Assembly (NCBI GenBank): GCA_038087875.1
Contig: CM075989.1
Coordinates: 8,930,001 to 8,994,000, forward strand
DNA from: Malacoraja senta
Lineage: Eukaryota
DNA length: 64,000 nt
Direction: 5' to 3'
Shown: piece by piece, positions 52,932 through 64,000 of the stretch
Numbering within the stretch: position 1 is the first letter of the stretch
How the letters are laid out: each line of letters starts with the position of its first letter
Program-made: the position numbers and the translations under genes
Notes under the pieces: model-generated
What the model was told of the DNA's origin: nothing
The model's input: only the letters and a program-made list of their open reading frames with translations
Databases searched by the model: none

Positions 52932-53499
52932 CCATTGACAAGGATTCTTGCTTATTCCCAGTGCCGCTAATTTGTTTTGCCCTTTGGTACAACAATGATT
53001 ATTTAATGCTCTTTGCGATTGTTAATCCTCGCATTATGAATGCATTAGTGAGCAGCAATTAATTGGAGAATAAAGAGAGTCACTGTGTCATACAGCAAGG
53101 GGACAAACCCTTTGGCCCAACTTATCCACACTGACCAATTTGCCCACCTGAGCTAGTCCCATTTACCTGCATTTAACTGGTATTCCTCTAAGCATGTCCT
53201 ATCCATGTACTTGTGCAAATATCTTTTAAATGTTGTAATTGTACCCGCCTCTACCACTTCCTCTGGCAGCTCGTTCCAAACACCCGCAGCTCTCTGTGTG
53301 GAGAAGTTGTTCCTCAAGTCCCCTTTAAATCTTGTCTGCAGATGAGCAAAACACCAAGTGCTGGAGGAACTCGGTGGGCCAGGTGGGCCAGGCGGCATCT
53401 GTGGAGGGGAAAGGACAGTTGATGTTTCTGGTCGGGACACTACTGCAGATTGGTGGCGTGGTACCATAAATGTGAGGGAATGATGTGTTGGATGTGAAG

Positions 53500-53780
53500 T
53501 GGATGGAGTGAACGGTGAGGTCCAGCGCGCCCTGTCCCTGTTCTGCCTTGGATGAGCTGTGGAGTGGGGGGGGGGGGGGGGGCAGGGGTGAGAACAGAGC
53601 AACGAGGAAGGGAGGAGATACAGGTGACGGCTTCATCCACAACTAGAGAGGGGGTGAAACCCCATTCAGTGAAGTAAGAGGACATCTGAGATCTCGCAGT
53701 GGAAAGCCTCATACTGGGAGCAGATGTGGCAGAGACAGAGAGACTTAGAGTGAGGGAGGTGTCCTTGCAAGACGTGGCAG
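53500..53780 (-). mobile_element. Degenerate PLE RT C-terminal (thumb/linker) fragment
   Basis: Frameshifted SCKD..PHSKSLCLCHICSQYEAFH..MSSYFTEWGF..VVDEAVTCISS resembles the PLE 'SQFLRLRRICS...F..RGF' region; next to a PLE tail at ~53340-53450. Confidence 0.65.
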
Positions 53781-53902
53781 TCAGCGGGTCGTCAGAATTA
53801 TAAGGTCATAAGGTCATAAGTGATAGGAGCAGTATTAGGCCATTTGGCCCATCAAGTCTACTCTGCCATTCAATCGTGGCTGATTCCCTCTCTCCCTCCA
53901 AC

Positions 53903-54398
53903 AGGGGCTGTCCCACTTGGGCGACCTAATTGGTGAGTTTAGGAGAGTTTGAAAAAATGCCATGTTCAAGACTAGCTTTGACTAGCTTCGGGGAAATTGG
54001 ACACTGAATAGTGGAGAGTAAAGACGACCTCCTTCGATCTCCTTCGACCTCCCTTCAACCTCCCTTCGACTATGATGAAGACTATCTACAACTATCTTCG
54101 ACTACCCTCGATTACCTACGACTAACGTGCCGACCTACTACCACCTACTACGACCTAAACCTACGAGTAAAAAAAGTATCGATTTTTTCCATGGCGACCT
54201 TTTTTTTACTCGCGGGCATTTTTCAACATATTGAAAAATACGCCGCGACCTAGCTGAGGCCTCGAGTACGCGGGGACTACTCCTGAGCATGAAGGAGAGT
54301 TACAAAGACCTCCTACGACCTCGTGTCGACCATGCTGCGAGTATGAGGGCAAACACGCTAGAACTAACGGATTAGGTCGCCCAAGTGGGACAGGCCCT
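53903..54398 (+). mobile_element. PIF/Harbinger-type MITE family A, inserted in a CR1 tail fragment
   Basis: Same TIRs and body as 38860-39389; right flank TAA, left TSD degenerate. Confidence 0.9.
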
Positions 54399-55110
54399 TA
54401 ACCTCATTCTCCTGTCTTGTCCCCATAACCCTTGACCCCTGACACATGTGTATATATATATATATATACACGTCAATGGATATTTTAATTTATATATATA
54501 TATATACTTTTATACATCTATATAGATATTCTTCACTCTGCTCCTTTGCTCCATCTATTGTACTTGAGTTTGACGATTGTTTCTGTTCTGATTGGATATC
54601 ATGCCAAACACTTTCCACTGTCCCTCAGTACACGTGACAATAATAAACCTTAACCTAAATCTAAAACAGGGCCCTCAGCGGCCGGGACCCAAGCCCTGGA
54701 ATCCTTAAGCCTCTCCACCTCTCTCCTTCCAATCCATCGATCTTTAAATCTCCCATCTCTCTAATCTTGCCGTCACCTGTTCTACCATCTTCTGTGGCTT
54801 GGCGTGAAACAATGTTGATAACTCCAGCAGATTGAGACACCTGCTGCCAAAGGCTTGGGGCAGGTCATGTTAAGTAATGAGACAGCATGCAGGATGGGTG
54901 GCCTACTCCTGCTCTCAGTTTATAAAGTCCCTATTTGGAATAAATATCCAGGTAGGCGTCAGTTTAACCAAATGTAGGGACATGTTCGAGGGATTCAATG
55001 GGAGCGGAACATTCCATAAATGTGTCCTGTGCGGATGGAGGGAAGAATGTTGCGCTCCTGAAACAAAGAATAGAACATTTCTGTGTAGAAAATAAGGAAC
55101 TGCAGATGCT

Positions 55111-55327
55111 ATAGGAAGGAACTGCAGATGCTGGTTTACACTGAAGATAGACACAAAATGCTGGAGTAACTCAGCGGGTCAGGCAGCATCTCTGGAAAGA
55201 AGGAATGGGTGACGTTTCGGGTCAAGACCCGAGTCTGAAGAAGGGTCTCGATCCGAAATGTCACCTATTCCTTCTATCCAGAGATGCCTCCTGACCCACT
55301 GAGTTTCCCCAGCATTTTGTGTCTATC
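55111..55327. mobile_element. Fold-back PLE-derived element inserted into another copy of the same tail
   Basis: aactgcagatgct duplicated at 55098-55110 and 55328-55340. Confidence 0.75.
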
Positions 55328-56235
55328 AACTGCAGATGCTGGTTTACACAAAAGGACCCAAAAGTGGGTCGAATGATGGAATGGGATGGAATACTTTATT
55401 GTCACATGTGACAAGGCACAGTGAAATTGTGTCAAGCAGCATCTCTGGCGGACATGGCGAGGTGAAGCAGGGCCCTGACGTGAAACGTCACCTCTCCATC
55501 TTCCCCAGAGTTGCTGCCTGACCGGCTAAGTCACTGCCGCACCTTGAGAACATTTTTGTGTTGCACGTTCTCCTGCCTCTCTCTCTTTCAATTCAGAGCG
55601 GGATTCAGTGGCAGATGAACGGAAGCAACATTTCACTATAATGTTAGGTCAACCACATCAGGCCTGACTGTAAATGTCAAATAAACTCCACTGTAAGCAG
55701 TGGCAGCAAACCAAATGAACAGCACTAATTCCTTCCATGCTTCACCTAGCCCGAGACGCAACCTTCACTGCTCTGCAACAGCTAACACAAATTGGAAACA
55801 CACACAGTGAAAATAGAATCACTTTACCCTTGGTCCAATTATTAAATAAGCATATATTATAATCATATTAACGGATTGCTTTCCAGAATGAGACCAATCT
55901 AACTCAGAACAACCGCATCATCATCTTCTTCTTTGCTAAGCATCCCTGTAACAGCGCGTATTTTAGAATAAAAACCTTCATATTTACAAATCTCAATTCA
56001 TTATTTGATACGGTTTACACTTTTTTTCTAGATTGGTCGCACAGTCTCTCCATTTTAGTGAAATTAACCCATTTGTTATTGTTCGCAAGGCTTCACAGCA
56101 CCAGAGACCTCGGTTCGATCCTGACCGCAGGTGCTGCCTGCGTGGAGTTTGCACGTTCTCCCTGTGACCACGTGGGTTTCAACTGGGTGCTCTGGTTTCC
56201 TCCCACACTCCAAACTGGTGCATGCTTGTAAGTTG

Positions 56236-56438
56236 GACAAAAGTGCTGGAGAAACTCAGCGGGCGAGGCAGCCTCTATGGAGCGAAGGAAATAGGCAAGG
56301 GTTTCTTCAGTCTGAAGATGGGTTTCGGCCCGAAACGTTGCCTATTTCCTTCGCTCCATAGATGCTGCCTCACCCGCTGAGTTCCTCCAGCACTTTTGTC
56401 CACCTTCGATTTTCCAGCATCTGCAGTTCCTTCTTGAA
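56236..56438. mobile_element. Fold-back PLE-derived element inside a V-SINE
   Basis: Exact 15-bp TSD catgcttgtaagttg at 56221-56235 and 56439-56453. Confidence 0.85.
56312..56339 (+). ncRNA. Minimal hammerhead-like motif
   Basis: CTGAAGA-T-GGGT(TTCG)GCCC-GAAACGTT; helix II closed by a UUCG loop. Confidence 0.55.
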
Positions 56439-57736
56439 CATGCTTGTAAGTTGTTTTCCCCCTCGTGCGCAGAGAGCGGATGCTAAGGTGCGATAACAGA
56501 GAACTAGTAACGGATGATCGATGGTCGTCTTGGGCTCGCTGGGCCAAAGGGCCTGTTTCCAACCTGTACCTTTCAAACAATCAAGCTGAGATTCTACAGA
56601 TCCCAAGGGCACTAGGACATGTCAATGGCAGTTCCATCTGCACCCCAGGCAAGTTATAGGAGAGGTTCTTGGAGCTTAAACCCCCCACAGGACCCAGGAC
56701 AAGGTGAGGCATGAAAGATGTATTGCATTGACATCGAGCTAGGGAATGACCAAGGGTCCAGGTTGATCTGCACTTCCAGAGATGGAGGTGGTGTGGTTAA
56801 CAATAGCTTGCATTCATATGGTACCTTAAACAAAGTGTACTACTTCAATGTGAAGCACAATTACTTAAAGAAGGTGCTTTATGGTGGAAATTACCTGCAG
56901 TATATCTCTTTCCACAGTTGTTCAAGTATCTCCACCTGTTTCAAGACCCCTTAAGGGGCTTTATTAAGTCTTCACTCAATGAATTATTGTCACAAAATGC
57001 TGGAGTAACTCAGCGGGACAGGCAGCATCTCTGGAGAGAAGGAATGGGCGATGTTTTGACCCGAAACGTCATCCATTCCTTTTCTCCAGAGAAGCTGCCT
57101 GTCCCGCTGAGTTACTCCAGCATTTTTTGTCTATCTTTGATTTAAACCAGCATCTGCAGTTCCTTCCTACGTGCTTTATTATCATGTACCAAGGTACAAT
57201 GAGATTCCTATTTTTAATACAGTTCAGTAAAAATCCTACTGTACATAGTATTGGTATAAAATCACCTCAGCACAAAACCTTAATACTGAGAGCTCTCCGT
57301 TTTTGAATAGACAATTCACAGCAGCAGGGTGAGTTGTCATAGAAATCATTGCTATGGAATCTGTGATTCACCGGACAGAAAATTCAATGATAAGGCATTG
57401 AAATGAATGTGTTTGATGGTTCCATGTTGCTTTGTGCCATATCTGGGTCGGGGGCCAAGGGATTGGTTATAATCTAATCAACTTTACATACCAATGTCCC
57501 TGACATCAATCACGCATAAAATGAGAAGAATATAATAAACACTGGCTTCTTGTTCCCAATCACAATCTGGAAACGCAGATCTTGTGCTGTGCGGCATGAA
57601 GGATCGCTGTCACACTCACAGCTCTGTTACTCTCTAACTCTCTTCCCTCTCTTACACGCTGTCTGCTTCTCTCTCTCCCTCTCCCTCTCCCTCTCCCTCA
57701 CTATCTCTTTAATCTAAACATCTGTTCTAAACATCA

Positions 57737-57785
<49 letters not shown>

Positions 57786-59006
57786 CATCTCTCCCCTGCC
57801 CCATCTCTCGCTCTCACTCACTCCCTCATACATACATATATGCGTTCTGCACGTCACTGGCTCCAGCTTTCCCCCCCTCTGTCTTTATCCCTCCTTCTCT
57901 CACTCTCTTGCACTTTCTTCCCTCTCCCTCATTTTCCCTTCCCTCACCCTCTCCTCTTTCTCACTCTCTCTGCCTATCTCCCTCAACTTTCCACTCATTG
58001 TATTGATTTCTTTGTTCCTGTTCTCTCCATTTCCCCCTTTTTCTTCCATCTTCCCAGTCTGTGTCACTTCCTCCCGCTAACTTCACAATCCCTGATTCAC
58101 TGACCCTACCGTCCTATACAACAGCCATCGTGTTTAAGTACTCTTCTCATAAGATCATAGGTGATAGAAGCAGAATTAGGCCATTCGAGCCATCAAGTCT
58201 ACTCCGCCATTCAATCATGGCCGATCTATCTCTCCCTACTATCCCCATTCTCCTGCCTTCTCCCTATAACCCTTAACGGGGACTCAGTGGTTACAAGTGG
58301 GAAGTGTTCAACTCTAAGAAACACCCCCTCATAAGAGCTCGTGTACCATCATTGAACATACAATGATATGAGGCAGAGGAGCTCATTTGGCCTCACATTC
58401 CCGTGGGAAAAGTCACCAATTAGTTCCCACCACCTTGCTCTTTCTCTGCAGCCCTGCAAACATTTCCACAAAATCCTGGATTCAGTCCAGCACAGAATGA
58501 GGCCATTCAGCCTACTGGGCCTGTGCTAGATGTTGATAAATCCAATTGATCCCACACCTGACCTCCCCAACAGACCGGTTGTAGATATTCATTCAATTCC
58601 CATTTGATGGTCACAATTATATTTGCAAAAATCACACTTTCAGCCACTACTTGGATGTGCTCCCATCCCCTTGAATCTGTTGCCAATCACGTTAACTCCA
58701 TTCTCTCCCCTTCCTTCCACCGCTCTGATGCCTCTGTTAATGGAGCAAACATCCTTCGCCCTCCCATCTCTAGACCAGATGACCTCTGTCGCTTCTCCTG
58801 TCGAACCCTTCATTTCGAGAAGACCAAACCAGACTCTCTGGTCAAATACTATAAATGATGTTCTTTCGTGGAACTTTTCCACCAAATCCTGGGCATTCAC
58901 AACCTTCCTAAAGCGCAATGACCCAACTGTACGCAATATTCCACCAGCGATTTATACAAGATAAATATAGCCTCCCTGACCTTGCTTTAAAGCCAATCCC
59001 ACAGCA

Positions 59007-59282
59007 GCACGGTGGCGCAGCGGTAGAGTTGCTGCCTTACAGCGCCAGAGACCCAGGTTTGATCCTGACTACGGGTGCTGTTTGAATGGAGTTTGTATGT
59101 TCTCCCTGTGACCGTGTGGGTTTGCTCCGGGTGCTCGGTTTCCTCCCGCATTCCCAAGACGTGCAGGTTTGTAGGTTAACTGGCTTCTGTAAATTCTAGT
59201 GTGTAGGGTAAAGCTCTTGTATGCGTCAACTCAGTTGGCCAAAGGGCCTGTTTCCACGCTGAATCTTTAAAGTAAACTAAAA
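59007..59282 (+). mobile_element. tRNA-derived V-SINE (HE1-like), full length
   Basis: A-box TGGCGCAGCGG, B-box-like GGTTTGATCC, V-domain ggagtttg..ttctccc..gtgggttt..ggtttcctccc, CR1-like 3' tail. Confidence 0.85.
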
Positions 59283-59540
59283 CATGCTTCAATAATCGGT
59301 TTCCCAACCTGCCCTGCCTGAATGCTTGGGAACTGCACTGCAAAAAGGGAACTGAAAATTGAAAACAGTGTGAAATTCAATGATTCTAAACCATTCTTGT
59401 GTATAAATCCATTTACAGTGGAGTACACCAACCGTCCCATTTTCCTGGTGCTGCAGTGCCCTCTGCTGCCAATGCCTATAATTGCGGCTGTGGCAATATG
59501 CAGCCTTGAAAGGGAAAACAAACTTCTCATGGAACTCTAA

Positions 59541-60041
59541 AGGGGCTGTCCCACATGGGCGACCTAATCCGCGAGTTCTGGCGAGTTTGCCCTCAACTCA
59601 AACACGCAGCATGGTCAACACGGGGTGGTAGGAGGTCCTTGTAACTCCCCTTCATGCTCGAGAGTGGTCTCCGAGTACTCGGAGGCTATAAAAAATGCCC
59701 GCGAGTAAAAAAAGGTCGTCATGGAAAAAATCGATACCTTTTTTACTCATAGGTTTAGTCGTAGTAGGTCGGCATGTTATTCGTAGGTAATCGAGGGTAG
59801 TCGAAGGTAGTCGCAGATTGTCTTCATCATAGTCGAAGGGAGGTCGAAGGAGGTCGAAGGAGATCGAAGGACGTTGTCTTCACTCTCCACTATTTGGTGT
59901 CCAATTTTCCCGAAGTTAGTCGTAGCTAGTCGAAGCTAGTCATCAACATAGTCGAAGGAGGTCTTCAACATGTCATTTTTTTCAAACTCTCCCAAACCCT
60001 TCTAAACTCGCCAATTAGGTCGCCCAAGTGGGACAGCAACT
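59541..60041 (-). mobile_element. PIF/Harbinger-type MITE family A, reverse orientation
   Basis: Same TIRs, body is the reverse complement; TAA on both sides. Confidence 0.9.
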
Positions 60042-60524
60042 TAATGATCTTTTGTTCAAGAGGGTTGTGTGACTGGAACCCTCTTCCTCAAAGCGCGGTG
60101 GATATTGAATATGTTTAAGGCAGAGGTAGATAGATACACCACAATCCATGGGGTAGAAAGATGGGAATGTAGAATTGAGGCTGAGGTCAGATTAGCCTCA
60201 ATTAAGTGGCGGACCAGGCTTGAGGGGCAGAATGGCCTACTCCTGCTCCTAGTTTACATGTTAGCATCCAGATAACTTGATAAAGTGATTATTGTTATGA
60301 TAGGGTAGATGATCGGAATCTTTTCCCTTTGTTAGGATTATCAAAAGCAAGGTTGAAGGTGAGAGGAAGAAATTTAAAAGGGGCTTTGAAGATAATTTTT
60401 TTTTTACATAACAAGTGCTTAATATCTGGAATGAGTCAGTTTAGTTGATTGTCAAAAAACAGGATGCAATGAAATTCCTTGTTTGCATGAAGCTTATAGA
60501 GTGTGGCTTATAGAGAGACTGGGA

Positions 60525-60815
60525 CAGTTCTTCCCAGCTGTGAACAGGCAACTGAATTGCTCTACCACAACCAGAGGGCAGTCCTGAACTACTATCTACC
60601 TCATTGGTGACCCTCGGACTATCCTTGATCGGACTTTGCTGGTTTATTCACCTTGACTTTACCTTGCACTAAACGTTATTCCCTTATCATTTATCTGTAC
60701 ACTGTAAATGGCTGGATTGTAATCATGTATTATTGCCATTCCGCTGACTGGTTAGCACGCAACAAAAGCTTTTCATTGTACCTCGGTACAGGTGACAATA
60801 AACTAAACTGAACTG
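60525..60815 (+). mobile_element. Rex1-like LINE 3'UTR family; other copies at 61160-61420 (+), 32640-33068 (-), 44752-45010 (-), 3352-3545 (-)
   Basis: Mutually similar ~280-bp sequences starting at an FFPAV-like ORF end and ending gtgacaataaactaaact. Confidence 0.7.
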
Positions 60816-61609
60816 AGTAAACAGTATAATGATAATGATCGATGCAGCGACAAAAAATAACATTAATGCAAAATGGCAGAATGGTGCAAAGATTGTAGTG
60901 CGATCTGAAGTAATGTGAAACAAAGACTAAAGTGCAATAACGGGATAACCAAGAAAGGTGGAGGTAAGAGTCTGTGCCAGCAACTGCGGGAAAGGGGTGT
61001 GAAAGAGTTGATTGGTTCAGGAGTCTGACAGCAGTGTGGAAGAACTGTTCTTAAGTCTGGACATCCAGGCTTTCAAGCTTCTGTTATCTTCTCCCAGAAG
61101 ATAGAAGAGAGAATCAGGAATGGCCAGGCTGACAGGCATCCTTGACATTCTTATGTGATCCCAGCTGTTATCAGGTAACTGAACCATCCTACCAACAACT
61201 AGAGAGCAGTCCTGAACTGCTATCTACATTACTGGAGACCCTCGGACTATTTTTGATCGGACTTTACTGATTTTATCTTGCACCAAATGTTAATCACGCT
61301 ATTCCCTCTATCGTGTATGTGCACACTGTGGACGGCTCGGTTGTAATCATGGATTGTCGTTCCGCTGACTGGTTAGCACGCGACAAAAGCTTGGTACACG
61401 TGACAATAAACCAAACTCAACTCTAGAGTTGGAATAGGGTCAATGGGCTGAATGGCCGTCCATGTGGTAACCATTCTGTGATTGCTTTAGGGATCACGGA
61501 GGCAAGATGGCTCGATCCATCAATGGTTAATCACGTTAGAGTGAAACAGGCCATTGGGCCACCTTCCTATGCTTTGCTGGGTTCCCTTCACCACTCCATT
61601 TATCGTCCA

Positions 61610-62105
61610 GTGGATGTGGAGAGGATGTTTCCACTAGTGAGAGAGTCTAGGACCAGGGGTCATAGCTTCAGAATTAAAGGATGTTCCTTTACGAAGGAGG
61701 TGTGGAGGACAATAGACAATAGACAATAGGTGCAGGAGGAGGCCATTCGGCCCATCGAGCCAGCACCGCCATTCAATGTGATCATGGCTGATCATCCCCA
61801 ATCAGTACCCTGTTCCTGTCTTCTCCCCATATCTCCTAACTCCGCTATTTTTAAGAGCCCTATCTAGCTTTCTCTTGAAAGCATCCAGACTTTCTTTAGT
61901 CAGAGGGTGGTGAATCTGTGTAATTTAATGATGGATATTTTTTAGGCGGAGAGAGATATATTCTTGATCAATACAGGTGTCAGGGGTTATGGGGAGAAGG
62001 CAGGAGAATGGGGTTAAGAGGGAAAGATAGATCAGTCATGATTGAATTGCAGGGTAGACGATGGGCTGAATGGCCTAATTCTGCTCCTACTGCTTGTGAG
62101 CTTAT
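61610..62105 (+). mobile_element. CR1 fragment with a nested antisense CR1 tail (~61688-61889)
   Basis: VDVERMFPLVRESRTRGHSFRIKG motif interrupted by a (gacaata)n-tailed reverse copy. Confidence 0.8.
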
Positions 62106-62653
62106 GACCTTCCTCTGTTCCTCTTGTGTATGTCCAACTTGCTTTGAATGGGTCCACACCAGGAGCCTCACCTCCTCCAATACACTATTGTTGAAGCTGG
62201 GCTGTAGATCAGCCAGTGGAGGGAGTCACCTGTTTGTGCTCTGACCTTCCCTGTTGATCCGTGCTTCCCCATAACTCCCAGCAGGGTTCCCGTCAACAGC
62301 AGCGGTTCCTGCGTGGCCCCTCCGCCCCGCCACAGCTGTCCGGCGGCCAGGCCATGCAGATGTTGGCATCTGTGGCCGTGAGCCCGTGTGTCCGACCCAT
62401 CCTGTGAGGTACAGGATGCTCCCCGTCACACTCCCAGGCCAGACCACCCCAAGCAAGCGGAAAACGGAACACACTTTCAAAGGAAGAGCTGCAGAAACAC
62501 GTTACGCCGGCAGATGTTTGCTCTTAAAGAGGGCCAAGTAAAATATAATGTTGGAAACTCTCAGCAGCTCAGCTATCAGCGGAAAGAGGAAAGGGGTGAA
62601 CGATTCAGGTCCAAGAGCCTTTGTCAGAAGACAGACACAAAATGCTGGAGTTA

Positions 62654-63018
62654 AGGCCCTGTCCCACTTACGTGTCCTTGGCATGCAAATTACGCGACCT
62701 CGTCGTCGCGTTGAGGCGCACGGGCATCTTATGGCCGCGCGGGGCTGGTCCCATTGAGAAGCGCGGAGGGGTATGGAGTTGTGCGCGGTATCGCGCGGGG
62801 CTCAGAAATTTTGACCCGTACAAAATCTTCGCGCGCCAACGGCCTGTCGCGTAACGGACGGCCAAAGTGGGACAGGCCCAAGACCCTGGCTCGACGCAAC
62901 GTCTCACCTCCAACAGCAGCAGAAGCAGGCAAACGATTGCCGAGCTCCGCCTGGGGCTCACGGCCGTTGCGGTCCGGATCCGCCCCCACTTCTACTCCCA
63001 GAGCGGGTCCAAGAAAAT
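62654..63018 (-). mobile_element. MITE family B, one-ended copy
   Basis: Close reverse complement of 13601-13964; preceded by TTA; second TIR missing. Confidence 0.85.
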
Positions 63019-63237
63019 TGAAGATAGACACAAAATGCTGGAGTAACTCAGCGGGATGGGCTGCATCTCTGGAGAGAAGGAATGGGTGATGCTTCGGGTC
63101 AAGACCCAACTGAAGAAGGGTCTCAACCCGAAACTTCACCCATTCCTTCTCTCCAGGGATGCTGCCTGTCCCGCTGAGTTACTCCAGCATTTTGGTGTCT
63201 ATCTTCGATGTAAACCAGCATCTGCAGTTCCTTCCTC
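63019..63237. mobile_element. Fold-back PLE-derived element fused to a Harbinger-type MITE
   Basis: Inverted family arms; junction shared with the element at 13404-13600. Confidence 0.8.
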
Positions 63238-63699
63238 CAGCCTTGGTCAGAACCTTTATCTTAAAGGGGGCTTTGAACCTTGCATGGCTGGGCCCCAGTC
63301 TTGTGTCACCAGGGTTTCCATGGTTCGGCCGCTCCAGGAAGGCGACCACTCTCCTAGTTGTTGTTGCCTTGCAGATGAGCGGAGTGGATGTAAACACCTT
63401 GCCTCCATGTTGCCTAATGCAGAACCGCAGAATGTTTACTGCACGGAAGGCCATTCGGCCCACCGACTCCATTCCGATCCCACGTGGGAAGGATGCGGCT
63501 GGTGTCGTCCATTTGCCCACTCCCATTGGCACCGCAGGCTCTTTCCTTCCGAACACGATGGTGGAACCTGTTTCCACCACCACCCCTGACTCTGATTCCA
63601 GACACCAGGCAGCTGCTGAGTAAAGAAGGGGAGAGAAATATCATGTAGACTCTGCAGGTACAGAGCAAGCATTCACTCAGCCCCAGGTCGGAAGGGAGA

Positions 63700-63927
63700 G
63701 TGGACGCTGGCGCGGTTTGGCTGCCACTGCTCTCCCTTCACATTGTGTTTCTGAATTTTGTTGTTGTCTTTTTTGGATCGAATTTCTGTCTTTAATTTGT
63801 GTATTGGTGATGTTCTTTATAACTTATTTTACTCCGATTATATGTTTCTTTGTTAAATTTTGTAAGGTGTCCTTGAGACTTTTGTATAGGCGCCCTTAAA
63901 TATAATCTATTATTATTATTATTATTA
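63700..63927 (+). mobile_element. L2-like 3' tail
   Basis: tgtaaggtgtccttgag..aggcgcc..aaat..(att)n ending typical of L2; similar short tail at 23124-23180. Confidence 0.55.
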
Positions 63928-64000
63928 CCCTGACACAGTGACATTCCAAAAATCCGGCATCCTTGGGAATCTAGTGGCTTCTGAACTGGCAGATTTTCCA

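Noticed and set aside
58604..58964. Overlapping ~85-113 aa ORFs as a neighbouring gene exon
   Set aside because: No recognisable homology or convincing splice sites; possibly decayed LINE sequence

Overview
Vertebrate genomic DNA, most likely from a cartilaginous fish (skate, ray or shark), judged from its repeat families: tRNA-derived V-SINE/HE1-like SINEs, CR1/HER1-like LINEs and DeuSINE/SacSINE1-like elements. The only host coding sequence I can support is a 15-nt first coding exon on the minus strand (48042-48056, MTVTK followed by a GTAGGA donor). It matches the N-terminal exon of Coronin-2B (CORO2B) as I recall it, so 1-48041 would be part of intron 1 and the region beyond ~48300 upstream DNA. 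The rest is dense, often nested transposon debris: CR1, Rex1/Babar, Tx1/L1, L2 and Penelope-like (PLE) fragments, PIF/Harbinger-type MITEs (TWA TSDs), hAT MITEs (8-bp TSDs) and microsatellites. The most notable signal is a family of ~20 short fold-back (palindromic) non-autonomous PLE derivatives. They are folded around a minimal hammerhead-ribozyme motif (CTGAAGA-A-GGGTCTCGACCC-GAAACGTC), have variable 13-17 bp TSDs, and some carry inverted copies of flanking DNA. All identifications were made by eye; element boundaries are approximate unless TSDs are quoted.
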